From positions 7,730-71,729 of the forward strand of contig JANXCA010000001.1 in assembly GCA_025060535.1 (NCBI GenBank): a DNA stretch of 64,000 nt, written 5' to 3'. Below the pieces are notes generated by a model, which saw only the letters and a program-made list of their open reading frames with translations, had not been told where the DNA came from and ran no database searches. The stretch comes from Endomicrobiia bacterium (GTDB lineage Bacteria; Elusimicrobiota; Endomicrobiia; DTEH01). The first letter of the stretch is position 1; each line of letters starts with the position of its first letter. Below, in pieces: positions 50,766 through 61,141 of the stretch. The position numbers were made by a program, and so were the translations under genes.

Positions 50766-51797
50766 TTATCTTTTAATTATTCTTAAAATATCACTATAAG
50801 TAGCAAATAACAATAGTGAAAACAAAAATGTTAAACCAATTAAATTAGAAATCTCAAATAATTTCTTGGATGGCAATTTTTTAGTAATAGCCTCAAGAAA
50901 ACAAAACATTACATGTCCTCCATCTAATACAGGTATAGGAAATAAATTAAACAAAGCTAGCATTGAAGAAATTACTCCTACAGTATACAAAAAATTTTCT
51001 AATCCAGCTTTAGCTGCTTTAGATAAAACCTGAACTATACCTACTGGACCTGCTATTTCGGGTTTTTGAAATTTAATTATTTTGTCTATTAAATACTTAA
51101 CAGAAAAAATACTTAAAAATATAGGTTGATAAACTGCCATCTTAAGAGACTCTATAAAATTCACTTTCTCCACTTTATAACCAGGAGTAATACCTATTAT
51201 TCCTTTCTTTGTTGTGGGATCTTCCTCAGGAATTATTTCAAAATATAATATATTATTATTTCTCAATACTTTTAATAAAATCTTTTTTCCAGCTGAATTG
51301 TGAATTACTTCTGCTAATTTAGACCATGAGTTAATTTCTATATCATTAACTTTTAAGATTCTATCATTTTGTTTTAAACCTACAACAGCCGCTGGTTTGC
51401 CCTCAATTACTTCTCCTATTACCGGTTCATCTGAAATTACTGTTAAACCAAAAAAATACAACAACATAAAAAAAATTATTACTGCCAATACATAATTCAT
51501 AAATGGTCCCATAACAACTACTAACATTCTTTGATACCATTTTTTACCAAAAAAGCTATCACTTTCAGTATCAAGTTCTTCTATGTTTTCTCCTTTTAAT
51601 CTTACTGCTCCACCTAGAGGGAGTAAACATAAAGAGTATCTAGTCTCCCCTATTGTCTTTCCTATAATTTCTTTACCTAGACCAAAACAAAATTGTAAAA
51701 CTTTGATTTTTAATATCTTAGCTATTATAAAATGTCCAAACTCATGAAAAAAAATTAATAAACCAAAAGCAAAAATTATAAGTAGTACTGTTAACAT
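50766..51797 (-). CDS. rseP: RIP zinc metalloprotease RseP (site-2 protease with PDZ)
   Basis: HEFGH zinc motif in TM1, PDZ domain, LDGG motif. Confidence 0.85.
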   Translation of the reverse strand: MLTVLLIIFAFGLLIFFHEFGHFIIAKILKIKVLQFCFGLGKEIIGKTIGETRYSLCLLPLGGAVRLKGENIEELDTESDSFFGKKWYQRMLVVVMGPFMNYVLAVIIFFMLLYFFGLTVISDEPVIGEVIEGKPAAVVGLKQNDRILKVNDIEINSWSKLAEVIHNSAGKKILLKVLRNNNILYFEIIPEEDPTTKKGIIGITPGYKVEKVNFIESLKMAVYQPIFLSIFSVKYLIDKIIKFQKPEIAGPVGIVQVLSKAAKAGLENFLYTVGVISSMLALFNLFPIPVLDGGHVMFCFLEAITKKLPSKKLFEISNLIGLTFLFSLLLFATYSDILRIIKR

Positions 51798-51801
51798 CTT
51801 T

Positions 51802-52947
51802 TTACTTCCTTTCTTTCAAAAATTTTTTATTTAAATACTCTCTTGTAATTTTATCTAAATTAAGTATATCATTCAAAGATTGTATTTTAATAGGTTTATG
51901 TTCTTCTATTATCTTTGAAAGAATCTTATATATCTCATCAAATTCTATTTCTCTATTTAAAAACTTCTCAACCAAAACTTCATTTGCAGCGTTAAATACA
52001 ACCAAATAACTATGTTCTTGATTAATAGCTATATTTAAAATCAATTTCAATAGTGGAAATTTTTTATAATCAACATTATAAAACTCTAAACGGTTTAAAT
52101 CATAAAGTGATAAAGTATTAGAAAAATTTTCTATTCTTTTATTCAAACACATACCTAATGCATAAGATATAGGTATGCACATATCCGGGCAAAATAATAC
52201 AGCTTTTATATTACCATCTATAAACTCTACTAATGAATGAACAATTGATTGAGGATGTATAATTATGTCTATATTTCTGTAAGGAATATCAAACAAAAAA
52301 TGAGCTTCAATATACTCAAATCCTTTATTAACTAATGTGGCAGAATCAACAGAAATTTTTTTTCCCATTTTCCACACAGGATGTAATGTAATTTTTTCTG
52401 GGGTTTTATCTTTTATATTTTTTTTAAATAATGGACCTCCTGAAGCAGTTAAAATTACCCTTTTTATATCCTCTTTTCTTTCATTATTTATACATTGTAA
52501 AATTGCAATATGTTCACTATCTATAGGAATAAGAGAAATTTTATTTTTTCTTATTTTTTTTATTAATAGATTACCACCTACCACTATCGTTTCTTTATTG
52601 GCTATGGCTATATTTTTTATTTTTTTATCAATAGCATAAAAAGTAGGTTTTAAACCGCCTATACCCACTATTGCATTTACTAATATGTCTGGCTTTGTTT
52701 TATCTATTAATTCTAAAATACCCTCCTCTCCCCAAAAAACTTTTTTATTTTTACAAGAAAAAACTTTAGCATTTCTTTCTACTACACAAACATATGGAAC
52801 TTTAAAATCTTTCGCTTGTTGTTCTAATAATTCTAAGTTACTTTTAGAAGATAAACCTACAACTTCAAAGTACTTTTTATTTTTAGAAATTACATTCAAA
52901 ACATTTTTGCCAATAGATCCAGTCGAACCTAAAATTAAAACTTTCAT
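51802..52947 (-). CDS. dxr: 1-deoxy-D-xylulose 5-phosphate reductoisomerase
   Basis: LGSTGSIGKN N-terminus; 381 aa. Confidence 0.9.
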   Translation of the reverse strand: MKVLILGSTGSIGKNVLNVISKNKKYFEVVGLSSKSNLELLEQQAKDFKVPYVCVVERNAKVFSCKNKKVFWGEEGILELIDKTKPDILVNAIVGIGGLKPTFYAIDKKIKNIAIANKETIVVGGNLLIKKIRKNKISLIPIDSEHIAILQCINNERKEDIKRVILTASGGPLFKKNIKDKTPEKITLHPVWKMGKKISVDSATLVNKGFEYIEAHFLFDIPYRNIDIIIHPQSIVHSLVEFIDGNIKAVLFCPDMCIPISYALGMCLNKRIENFSNTLSLYDLNRLEFYNVDYKKFPLLKLILNIAINQEHSYLVVFNAANEVLVEKFLNREIEFDEIYKILSKIIEEHKPIKIQSLNDILNLDKITREYLNKKFLKERK

Positions 52948-53778
52948 TTATTTTGATTTCAAAAAAAACAATATCAAATAATAAAAAATTGGCGATGTAA
53001 ATAAAAAACTATCAAACCTATCCATCATACCTCCATGACCAAATAACAAATCATCAGAATCTTTAAAACCACAGTCTCTCTTTATAAGTGATTCAGTTAA
53101 ATCTGATATAGTAATAAGAGGAGTTATTATAATAGCAACTAACATTAATTCTTTAAACGAAATAACCATATCCATCTGAAATACTCTACAAAAGAACAAA
53201 AATCCAAGTATCCCAAAAATAATACTGCTTACAAAACCCACTATAGTTTTTTTAGGACTTACAACTGAAGCAAGTTTTTTTTTACCGAAAATAGAACCAA
53301 AAAAATATGAAGAATTATCTGCTATCCATATGGTAAAAAACAAAATATATGTGAGTTTCATCCCATAATTTTTAATATCTCTTATAAGATAAAGATGTGA
53401 TAAACACCAAGCAAAAAAAAATGGAAAAAGAAAACTAACACTTATTTTTCCTACAGCACCTAACGGTTTTTGTCTTATAATCTCTAATAGACTTATAAAA
53501 AGCAAAATTAAAGTAATGTTTGTAGAAGTAAAATAAATCGATAATTTACTAAATTGAATATGTTCAAGTATTATAGAAAAAAACACAACCACACCTACCA
53601 AAAATGCAATGAATCCAGAAATTTCATAACCTACTTTATTTACCATATATACAAATTCTTTTAAAATATAAATTAAAATTATTAATAAAAATAATAAAAA
53701 TAAAAAATTTCCATAATATATACTTATTATTGCTATTGGTATACCAAAAACACCAACTAATATTCTTGGTAACAACAT
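52948..53778 (-). CDS. cdsA: Phosphatidate cytidylyltransferase
   Basis: Polytopic membrane protein with C-terminal CTP-transferase signature (GHGGMMDRFDS). Confidence 0.8.
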   Translation of the reverse strand: MLLPRILVGVFGIPIAIISIYYGNFLFLLFLLIILIYILKEFVYMVNKVGYEISGFIAFLVGVVVFFSIILEHIQFSKLSIYFTSTNITLILLFISLLEIIRQKPLGAVGKISVSFLFPFFFAWCLSHLYLIRDIKNYGMKLTYILFFTIWIADNSSYFFGSIFGKKKLASVVSPKKTIVGFVSSIIFGILGFLFFCRVFQMDMVISFKELMLVAIIITPLITISDLTESLIKRDCGFKDSDDLLFGHGGMMDRFDSFLFTSPIFYYLILFFLKSK

Positions 53779-53812
53779 TATATTACTTATACCTCACATG
53801 CTAAAACTATTT

Positions 53813-54529
53813 TTATTCTGGTATTCTTCCAAATCTTCTTTCTCTATTTTGAAAATCCTTTATAGCTAAAACAAATTCTTCAGGTGTAAAATCAGGCCAA
53901 AGTGTTTTTGTAAAGTAAAGCTCAGTATAAGCTAACTGCCACAACATAAAATTTGAAATTCTTAACTCACCAGAAGTGCGTATTAAAAAATCTAGTTCTG
54001 GAAGATCTTTGGTATATAAAAATTTTTCAAACTTTTCTTCATCTATTTTCTTAATTCCAGAATTTAAAATTTTATTAACAGCATTAATAATTTCAGAACG
54101 GCCACTATAGTTAATACATAAATTTAAAATTAATCCTGTATTATTTTTAAGCTTCTCCTCTAACTTCTTTAACATATTCCTTGTAACTTCATCTAATTTA
54201 GAAATATCACCACTAATTAAAACTTTTATATTATTCTTCAATAAATTATTTTCTTCTTTTTTTATATAATTTCTTAGTAATTTAAACAAATTTTTAATCT
54301 CATCTTTGGGCCGTTGCCAGTTTTCAGTAGAAAAAGCAAAAAGAGAAAGACACTTTATGCCTAATTTAACAGAAGTCTCTGTTATTAATTTAACTGTCTT
54401 TGCACCTGCCTTATGTCCAAAAATCCTAGGCAACCCCCTCTTTTGTGCCCATCGACCATTTCCATCCATTATTATCCCAACATGTCTTGGAATTTTATCT
54501 TCATCTAATTCAATACCTAAAAATTTCAT
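53813..54529 (-). CDS. uppS: Undecaprenyl pyrophosphate synthase
   Basis: HVGIIMDGNGRWA and ERRFG motifs. Confidence 0.9.
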   Translation of the reverse strand: MKFLGIELDEDKIPRHVGIIMDGNGRWAQKRGLPRIFGHKAGAKTVKLITETSVKLGIKCLSLFAFSTENWQRPKDEIKNLFKLLRNYIKKEENNLLKNNIKVLISGDISKLDEVTRNMLKKLEEKLKNNTGLILNLCINYSGRSEIINAVNKILNSGIKKIDEEKFEKFLYTKDLPELDFLIRTSGELRISNFMLWQLAYTELYFTKTLWPDFTPEEFVLAIKDFQNRERRFGRIPE

Positions 54530-54538
54530 TACTTAAAA

Positions 54539-55096
54539 TTAACTCTCCATTATTTCCTTAACTTTCTGTTTTAACAATTCATCAATTTTACCTATATAAG
54601 TCTCTGTAATTTTTTGAATTTGTTGTTCTGCATGTCTCTCTTCATCTTCAGAAATCTTTTTGTCTTTTTTTAATTGACGAAGTTGTTCTATCGCAGACCT
54701 TCTTTCGTTCCTGATAGCTATACGAAAATCTTCAGCTAATTTATTTACTTGCCTAACCAACTCTTGCCGTCTTTCATCAGTAAGAGCAGGAACCGTAATT
54801 TTTATCACTTTACCATCATTAATAGGTGTAAGACCTAACGGAGAATTCAAAATAGCTTTTTCTATATTCACTAAATTATTACTATCCCAAGGTTTTATTT
54901 CTATAATCTTACCATCTATTATATTAATGTTACTTATCTGATTTAACTTCATTTTAGAATTATAACACTCTACTTCTATGTTCTCAACCAAACTTATAGA
55001 TGCTCTACCAGTCCTTATGCTTAAAAACTCAGTTTTACACTTTTCTGTTGTCTTCTTCATTAACTCTTCTGTTTTAACAAAAAGTTCTTTAATCAT
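54539..55096 (-). CDS. frr: Ribosome recycling factor
   Basis: 185 aa; RRF fold; conserved pyrH-frr-uppS-cdsA-dxr-rseP order. Confidence 0.9.
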   Translation of the reverse strand: MIKELFVKTEELMKKTTEKCKTEFLSIRTGRASISLVENIEVECYNSKMKLNQISNINIIDGKIIEIKPWDSNNLVNIEKAILNSPLGLTPINDGKVIKITVPALTDERRQELVRQVNKLAEDFRIAIRNERRSAIEQLRQLKKDKKISEDEERHAEQQIQKITETYIGKIDELLKQKVKEIMES

Positions 55097-55118
55097 AAAA
55101 CTTTACCTCCATCAAAAA

Positions 55119-55820
55119 TTAAATAATAGAGGTACCTACATCTTCGCCTCTTATAACTTTTATGAGATTTCCCTCCTTATAGAGATTAAAAACCTTAACA
55201 GGAAGATTGTTTTCCATACATAAAGAAAAAGCAGTCGTATCCATTATCTTTAAACCCTTGTTAATTGCTTCTATAAAAGTAAGTTTTTTATATTTTTTAG
55301 CTTTTGGATTCTTTTTGGGATCATCATCATATACTCCATCCACTTGTGTAGCTTTAAGTAAAACTTCTGCACCTATCTCTACAGCTCTCAAAGCTGCTGT
55401 AGTATCTGTAGTAAAATAAGGATTTCCCGTACCTGCTGCAAATATCACAATTCTTCCTTTTTCTAAATGCCTTATAGCCCTTCTTCTTATGTAAGGCTCT
55501 GCTATTTTAGGCATCTCAATCGCTGACATAACCCTCGTGTGAAGCCCAACTGACTCCAATACAGACTGAAGTGCTAACGCATTTATCACAGTAGCCAACA
55601 TTCCCATATAATCTGCTGTTGTACGTTCTATAAAGTCAATATTTTTACCTCTAAGAATATTACCAGCACCTACTACTATACCAAGCTGTACTTTATATTT
55701 AGTTACAACTTCTTTTATTTCTTTTGCTACTTCATTCAAAGATTCTTTAGAAATACCTATATTTAAAGGCTTCTCTCCAATACTTTCTCCTGATATTTTA
55801 AGAATTACTCTTTTATACAT
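55119..55820 (-). CDS. pyrH: UMP kinase
   Basis: [11 protein letters not shown]-terminus; amino-acid-kinase fold. Confidence 0.9.
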   Translation of the reverse strand: MYKRVILKISGESIGEKPLNIGISKESLNEVAKEIKEVVTKYKVQLGIVVGAGNILRGKNIDFIERTTADYMGMLATVINALALQSVLESVGLHTRVMSAIEMPKIAEPYIRRRAIRHLEKGRIVIFAAGTGNPYFTTDTTAALRAVEIGAEVLLKATQVDGVYDDDPKKNPKAKKYKKLTFIEAINKGLKIMDTTAFSLCMENNLPVKVFNLYKEGNLIKVIRGEDVGTSII

Positions 55821-55920
55821 AAGTTTTTTTATTACTCCTATTTTTAAAATATAATGACAAGAAAATTATAAGGAAAGAATAGTTAGGATTTTCCTCTTCC
55901 ATTATAGCATAATTAAATAT

Positions 55921-56556
55921 TTAATTTAATTCTTCACCTAATACATATCTTACAAATCTACGAATAGTAATATTTTCTTGAAGCTTTGAAATTGCTTGAA
56001 GTATTAAGTCCTTAACTTTTTGTTTACCTTGCGTATCCCTAATGTATGGCTGTTCTAAAAGACATGTTTCTTCATAAAATTTCGTTAATCTTCCTTCAAT
56101 TATCTTGTCTAAAACATCTTCAGGTTTATCCTTATATTTATCTTCTAAAAGCAATTGTTTTTTATATATCTCTTTCTCTTTTTCTAATACTTCTTTAGGA
56201 ACATCTTCTTTTTTTATCCATTTAGGATTACAAGCTGCAATCTGCATGCACAACTCTTTAGCTAAATTCCTAAACTCTTCAGTTCTAGCTACAAAGTCAG
56301 TTTCGCAGTTGAGTTCTAGTAAGACACCTATTCTGTCTCCTGGATGAATATATGAAGTAATGATCCCGTTACTTCCATGTTTCTCTGAAACTTTTGATAA
56401 AGCCTTTACTACACCTCGTTCTCTTAATAAAACTATCGCTTTTTCCATATCATAATTTGCCTCTTCTAATGCTTTCTTGCATTCTAAAAAACCAGCACCT
56501 GTAACGTTTCTAAGTCTCTGGATAAGTTTCACTTGATTTACATTATCACTAACCAT
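55921..56556 (-). CDS. tsf: Elongation factor Ts (short form); start set at internal Met
   Basis: MVSDNVNQVKLIQRLRNVTGAGFLECKKALEE UBA-like N-terminus. The longer ORF to 56628 would overlap rpsB, so the internal start is preferred. Confidence 0.8.
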   Translation of the reverse strand: MVSDNVNQVKLIQRLRNVTGAGFLECKKALEEANYDMEKAIVLLRERGVVKALSKVSEKHGSNGIITSYIHPGDRIGVLLELNCETDFVARTEEFRNLAKELCMQIAACNPKWIKKEDVPKEVLEKEKEIYKKQLLLEDKYKDKPEDVLDKIIEGRLTKFYEETCLLEQPYIRDTQGKQKVKDLILQAISKLQENITIRRFVRYVLGEELN

Positions 56557-56575
56557 TTCTGATAACCTCCTAAAA

Positions 56576-57349
56576 TCATTTTGATAAATCAATATTTTTA
56601 GATAACTCTTCTTCAGAAATTGGTTCAAAAACAGGAACTTCTTCTGATGTAGCTCCCTGTTGAGATGATTTTTGTCTTCCTTCTATCACTGCATCTGCAA
56701 TAGTAGAACAAATAAACTTAATAGACCTTATAGCATCATCATTGGCAGGAATTGGATAGTCAACTAAATCAGGATCAGAATCTGTATCACATATAGCTAC
56801 AATAGGTATTCCCATTCTTTTTGCTTCTTTTACTGCAATATATTCATATGTAATATCAACAATAAAAACCACATCTGGCAAACTTTCCATATTTCTTATT
56901 CCCTCTAACATCTTTTGCAATTTCATCATCTTTTTTATCTTTATTTTTGCTTCTTTCTTTTTTAATTTCTCGAATAATCCTTGCTGTTGCATTTCTTCAA
57001 GTTCTTGCAATTTTTTAATAGACTTTCTAATTGTCTCAAAATTAGTTAATGTACCAGGAAGCCATTTATAACTTACAAAATATGCACCACAACGTTCAGC
57101 TTCCTGTTTTAGAGCTTGTTGTGCTTGAGGTTTAGTACCCACAAAAAGAATTTTCTTATTTTCAGCAGCAGCATCTCTCACAAAACTGTATGCTCTTTTT
57201 AATTCTCTTATTGTTTTTTGCAAATCCAGAATATGAATTTTATTCCTTGCACCAAAAATATAACGTTTCATTTTGGGGTTCCATTTTCTTGTCTGATGAC
57301 CAAAATGGACCCCTGCTTCTAATAATGTTTTTAAAGTAACATTTATCAT
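56576..57349 (-). CDS. rpsB: 30S ribosomal protein S2
   Basis: LEAGVHFGHQTRKWNPKM N-terminus. Confidence 0.95.
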   Translation of the reverse strand: MINVTLKTLLEAGVHFGHQTRKWNPKMKRYIFGARNKIHILDLQKTIRELKRAYSFVRDAAAENKKILFVGTKPQAQQALKQEAERCGAYFVSYKWLPGTLTNFETIRKSIKKLQELEEMQQQGLFEKLKKKEAKIKIKKMMKLQKMLEGIRNMESLPDVVFIVDITYEYIAVKEAKRMGIPIVAICDTDSDPDLVDYPIPANDDAIRSIKFICSTIADAVIEGRQKSSQQGATSEEVPVFEPISEEELSKNIDLSK

Positions 57350-57421
57350 CTCTTTCTCCTTCTTTTATTCTAAATTTAAATTAAATTTTAAATTATAAAA
57401 TTAAAATTTATTTTTCAAGAT

Positions 57422-58249
57422 TTAATTAAAAATTTTTAACTCCTCTTTAATAATAATCTTGGCATCTATACTTTTGGTAGGACATTTTGCCTTACAAATT
57501 CCACAATTATTACATTTATTATATTTCATAATTGCCAAATTATTCTCTAAGTATATATCCGAAACAGGACAAGCTTTAACACATATTCCACAACCTATAC
57601 AACCCACAGAACAAATCTGTTTAACTTTTACTCCTTTATCCCTTGAATTACAAAGAATATGCACTTTATAATTACAAGGTACCAACCTAATCAGTTTTTT
57701 TGGACAAACTTTGACACAAAGACCACAACCTGTGCATTTTAAAACATCTACTTCAGCAACATTATATTCATTAATAAAAATAGCTCCAAAAGGACATACT
57801 TCTACACAATCGCCAAATCCTAAACATCCATATTTGCAAGCTTTTTCCCCTTCAAAAAATTTATTAGAAATATCACATTTTTTAATCCCAGTATAAACAA
57901 ATTCATTCTTTGCTCTGTTACCTCCAGCACATAATACTACTGCTACTAATCTCTGAAGATCTTTAACTTCTTTTCCTAAAATACTTGCTATTTTTTTACT
58001 TACTTCATCACCACCAGGTCTGCACAAATTAATCTCAACATTATCTTTAACAATTGCTTCAGCATACTGTTCACAACCTGCATAACCACAAGCTCCACAG
58101 TTTGCTCCAGGAAGAACCGAAAGAATGTATTCTTTTTTGGGATCTTCTTCTACTTTAAACTTTTTTGCAGCAAAACCAAGAAGTATTGCTATAATAACAC
58201 TACAACTACCCATAACTACTAAAGATTGTAATACTATATTTTCACTCAT
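57422..58249 (-). CDS. rnfB: Rnf complex subunit B (N-terminal TM, multiple 4Fe-4S domains)
   Basis: CGACGYAGCEQYA and several CxxCxxCxxxCP motifs. Confidence 0.85.
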   Translation of the reverse strand: MSENIVLQSLVVMGSCSVIIAILLGFAAKKFKVEEDPKKEYILSVLPGANCGACGYAGCEQYAEAIVKDNVEINLCRPGGDEVSKKIASILGKEVKDLQRLVAVVLCAGGNRAKNEFVYTGIKKCDISNKFFEGEKACKYGCLGFGDCVEVCPFGAIFINEYNVAEVDVLKCTGCGLCVKVCPKKLIRLVPCNYKVHILCNSRDKGVKVKQICSVGCIGCGICVKACPVSDIYLENNLAIMKYNKCNNCGICKAKCPTKSIDAKIIIKEELKIFN

Positions 58250-58258
58250 AGCAACCTC

Positions 58259-58846
58259 TTAAAATCCAAATAAGCCAATAAACCCCATAAATGATAAAGA
58301 CATTAGTGCTGAAGTCACAAAAACAATTCCATAACCTTTAACTGCGTTAGGTAATGGAGCTAACTCTAATTTTTCTCTTATGGAAGAAAAAAGAATTATT
58401 GCTAAAGTATATCCTATTGCTGTGCCAGAAGAAAAAACAACTGTTTGAAGAAGGTTATATTGATAATCTACAATAAGAAAAGCAACCGCTAATATAGCAC
58501 AGTTAGTGGTAATCAAAGGTAAATATATCCCTAATGCTTTAAATAGTGCAGGAAGCACTTTCTTCATAAATAATTCTACAAGTTGAACTAAAGAGGAAAT
58601 TATTAATATAAAAACAATTATTTTTAAAAACTCTAAATTTAAAGGCAACAATACATAGTTATATAATAACCAAGATACTACAGCTGCTAAATTCATTACA
58701 AAAAACACTGCTGCAGACATTCCTAAAGCAGATGAAAATTTATTTGAAACGCCAAAAAAAGAACATAGGCCTAAAAACCTCATTAAAATTATGTTGTTTA
58801 CAAAAATAGAAGAAATAAAAATTCCTAATAAAGAAATTTTTTCCAT
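58259..58846 (-). CDS. rnfA: Rnf complex subunit A
   Basis: 195 aa, 6 TM, RnfA/NqrE family. Confidence 0.9.
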   Translation of the reverse strand: MEKISLLGIFISSIFVNNIILMRFLGLCSFFGVSNKFSSALGMSAAVFFVMNLAAVVSWLLYNYVLLPLNLEFLKIIVFILIISSLVQLVELFMKKVLPALFKALGIYLPLITTNCAILAVAFLIVDYQYNLLQTVVFSSGTAIGYTLAIILFSSIREKLELAPLPNAVKGYGIVFVTSALMSLSFMGFIGLFGF

Positions 58847-58850
58847 AAAT

Positions 58851-59522
58851 TTATAACTTCTCTTCTATACATTTTGATTTTAAAATGCATTTCTCACAAG
58901 CTGAAGGTAAATTACTTATTATTTTTGAAGTCTTTTTCAGTTTATTTTCTATATACTTAGTTATAGTTATCACAACACCTGCTACTAAAAACCCTCCAGG
59001 AGGAAGAATCATTATGACAGCTGGAGTTGAAAAAAATTCCTTTGAACCAAAAATACTACCCGAACCTAAAAATTCTCTAATTATTCCTAAGATTACTATT
59101 GCTAAAAAAAATCCACCACCCATACCTATTCCATCTACAAAAGAATAAAAAACATTATTCTTCGAAGCAAAAGCTTCGGCTCGTGCTAAAATTATACAAT
59201 TTACTACTATCAAAGGAATAAACACGCCTAAACTTTCAGATAATAAGGGAAAATATGCTTTTATAAGGTAATCTACAATTGTAGTAAATGTTGCTATAAC
59301 TACTATAAATATCGGTATTCTTATATTGTGAGGAATAATTTTTCTTATAAGTGAAATCAAAACATTTGAACAAGTAAGCACAAATGTAGCTGCAATTCCC
59401 ATACCAACAGCATCTCTTGCTGTAGTAGAACACGCCAAAAAAGGACACAGTCCTATCATCATTATAAGCACAGGGTTTTCTTTCAAAATCCCTCTTACTA
59501 ATATATCAAGTATTTTTTTCAT
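58851..59522 (-). CDS. rnfE: Rnf complex subunit E
   Basis: 223 aa, RnfE/NqrD family. Confidence 0.85.
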   Translation of the reverse strand: MKKILDILVRGILKENPVLIMMIGLCPFLACSTTARDAVGMGIAATFVLTCSNVLISLIRKIIPHNIRIPIFIVVIATFTTIVDYLIKAYFPLLSESLGVFIPLIVVNCIILARAEAFASKNNVFYSFVDGIGMGGGFFLAIVILGIIREFLGSGSIFGSKEFFSTPAVIMILPPGGFLVAGVVITITKYIENKLKKTSKIISNLPSACEKCILKSKCIEEKL

Positions 59523-60208
59523 TGTGATGTTTGTATGTCTTGAGTTATAGTAGAAGTAGATTGCTCAACATTTACTGTTCTTTTTATCTCGGTAGATAAA
59601 GTTGGTTTTTGAGATTTTAATTTTTGTCTTTGTTCTTCTTTTTGAATATTTGATAAACGAAATTTAATATAATTTTCCAAATTTATATCGGATAATAATT
59701 TATTTAAAGAATCTGTTAAAGCTCTTGAAGTAATAGTTGCACCTGTAATAGCATCTATTTTACCATCTGGATTATCTTTTTTTAACACTATCTCATAAGG
59801 TGCTTTATCAATAAACTGTGACAAAAATTTATCTTTCGTAATATTAGCTCCTAAACCTGGAGTTTCCTTATGAGACAAAATTTTAATTCCAACTATCTTT
59901 GGTGGTATTTCTAATTTAACACCTACTAAGTACTCTATAGTTCCTCCGTATCCTTTAGTTGTATTTTTTATTAATATACCAACAAGATTTTTGTTTACAT
60001 CATAACATTCTTCTATATCAAATCCATTTTCTAAGTTTTTCCCAATAAAGCTTTCTGCCTGAGGAATTATTAGTTTTTTAAGTTTTATTTCCTTATTAAT
60101 TTTATTTAACTGAATCTGTGGTTGCGTTTTAACATATAAAAATGATAAACTCAAAGCAGAAAAACAACAAACAATAAATAAAACTAATACCATCTTGAAA
60201 ATATTCAT
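59519..60208 (-). CDS. rnfG: Rnf complex subunit G (covalent FMN site)
   Basis: DAITGATITSRA FMN-attachment motif. Confidence 0.8.
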   Translation of the reverse strand: MNIFKMVLVLFIVCCFSALSLSFLYVKTQPQIQLNKINKEIKLKKLIIPQAESFIGKNLENGFDIEECYDVNKNLVGILIKNTTKGYGGTIEYLVGVKLEIPPKIVGIKILSHKETPGLGANITKDKFLSQFIDKAPYEIVLKKDNPDGKIDAITGATITSRALTDSLNKLLSDINLENYIKFRLSNIQKEEQRQKLKSQKPTLSTEIKRTVNVEQSTSTITQDIQTSQ

Positions 60209-61137
60209 ATTTTTCTATGACCAAATTTTTTACAAATTGTATACTCGTCTATCAAAGGAGTAAGAAGATTCATAAATAAAATTGAAAAACACACACCCTC
60301 TGGATAACTACCCCAGAAACGAATAGTGCAAGTAAGTAAACCACACATAATAGCAAATATAATTTTTCCTTTAGGAGTAATAGGAGTTGTAACTGGATCA
60401 GTAATCATAAAAATTCCACCTAAAAAAATTCCTCCACAAAACAAATAAATCAAAACATTTTTAATGTCTATTATCGCAGAAAATATACCAACTGTTAAGA
60501 TATATAAAATTGGGACAAATGGGTTTATGTGTTTTCTAATTACTAAATATAAATATCCTAATAAAAGTAAAACTACTGAGGTCTCACCAATACAACCTGG
60601 ATAGTTACCCCAAATAAGAGTTTGAATTGAAGGTATATCACTAACTTGTTGTGGAAAATGTTTTAAAATTGTAAGCGGAGTTGCTGAGGAAATACCATTT
60701 ATACTAAAATCTCCCATATTTTGTGGAAAAGCTATATGAATAAAGGCTCTACCCACCAAAGCAGGATTAAAAGGATTATGTCCTAATCCACCATAAAAGT
60801 GTTTCCCAAAAACAATAGCTACAAAACATCCAACAGCTACAATCCAAATCGGAATTTTTGGTGGTAAAGTATAAGCAAAAAGAATACCAGTAATAATACA
60901 ACTTAAATCGAACACTGTAGGTTTTTGTTTTCTTAAAAAGTTAACCAAAATTTCAAATAATATACAAAAAATTACTGAAGATATTATTATAATCAAAGCA
61001 TACATCCCAAAAAACATCACCGCACCCACTCCAGCAGGTACTAAAGCAAAAATTGTATCTCTCATCATTGTAGAAATGCTATGAGTTGCTCTTATATGAG
61101 GTGCTGGTGATATAAGATATATCTTTTCTTCTTGCAT
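60205..61137 (-). CDS. rnfD: Rnf complex subunit D
   Basis: 310 aa polytopic, RnfD/NqrB family. Confidence 0.85.
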   Translation of the reverse strand: MQEEKIYLISPAPHIRATHSISTMMRDTIFALVPAGVGAVMFFGMYALIIIISSVIFCILFEILVNFLRKQKPTVFDLSCIITGILFAYTLPPKIPIWIVAVGCFVAIVFGKHFYGGLGHNPFNPALVGRAFIHIAFPQNMGDFSINGISSATPLTILKHFPQQVSDIPSIQTLIWGNYPGCIGETSVVLLLLGYLYLVIRKHINPFVPILYILTVGIFSAIIDIKNVLIYLFCGGIFLGGIFMITDPVTTPITPKGKIIFAIMCGLLTCTIRFWGSYPEGVCFSILFMNLLTPLIDEYTICKKFGHRKI

Positions 61138-61141
61138 ATTA

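Noticed and set aside
57350-57421. AT-rich near-repeats (aaattta aattaaa ttttaaa ttataaa attaaaa) between rpsB and rnfB
   Set aside because: Low-complexity heptamer-like drift in a promoter spacer. There are no unique spacers or conserved direct repeats, so it is not CRISPR-like or a defined repeat family.
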